A DNA stretch of 64,000 bases, from assembly GCF_006345805.1 (NCBI RefSeq), contig NC_043006.1:34906001-34970000 (forward strand). Direction: 5' to 3'. Position 1 is the first letter of the stretch. Each line of letters opens with the position of its first letter. A model generated the notes under the pieces. The model did not search any database and was not told where the DNA came from. It saw only the letters and a list, made by a program, of their open reading frames with translations. Below are positions 63,943 through 64,000 of this stretch, one piece after another. The DNA comes from Octopus sinensis. Its lineage: Eukaryota. Made by a program: the position numbers and the translations under genes.

Positions 63943-64000
63943 TAAAGGAATACATATATATGCGCGTGTGCGTGTGCGGGCGCAAGTGTGAATATGTGCG

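Overview
AT-rich, microsatellite-dense eukaryotic DNA made almost entirely of transposable-element copies and relics. The SINE and repeat families look like those I recall from octopus (coleoid cephalopod) genomes; this is an inference, not a database result. I could not support any host protein-coding exon. The long ORFs belong to non-LTR retrotransposons: a near-full-length, frameshifted R4/Dong-type RLE element in (TAA)n at ~41.3-45.2 kb and Tx1/L1-clade elements stacked in (GATA)n at 55.3-59.9 kb. Also present are RTE, CR1, CRE-like and APE fragments, five or six Tc1/mariner/maT relics, a Helitron-like composite, MITE-like hairpins and many tRNA-derived SINEs. The most interesting signal is RNA-structural. 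Four canonical type I hammerhead ribozyme (HHR) motifs lie on the + strand at 11.8, 32.0, 35.2 and 38.7 kb. A non-coding, tandem or direct-repeat element family (three diverged subfamilies at 13.5-15.0, 35.8-36.3 and 50.0-51.0 kb) carries every HHR core nucleotide block (UH, GAAA, CUGANGA) with covarying stems I and III, but in a strand order that is not a circular permutation of types I/II/III. This is a candidate pseudoknotted hammerhead variant in a retrozyme/Penelope-like non-autonomous element. One SINE family also appears to carry a 3' tail derived from the Tx1 element.
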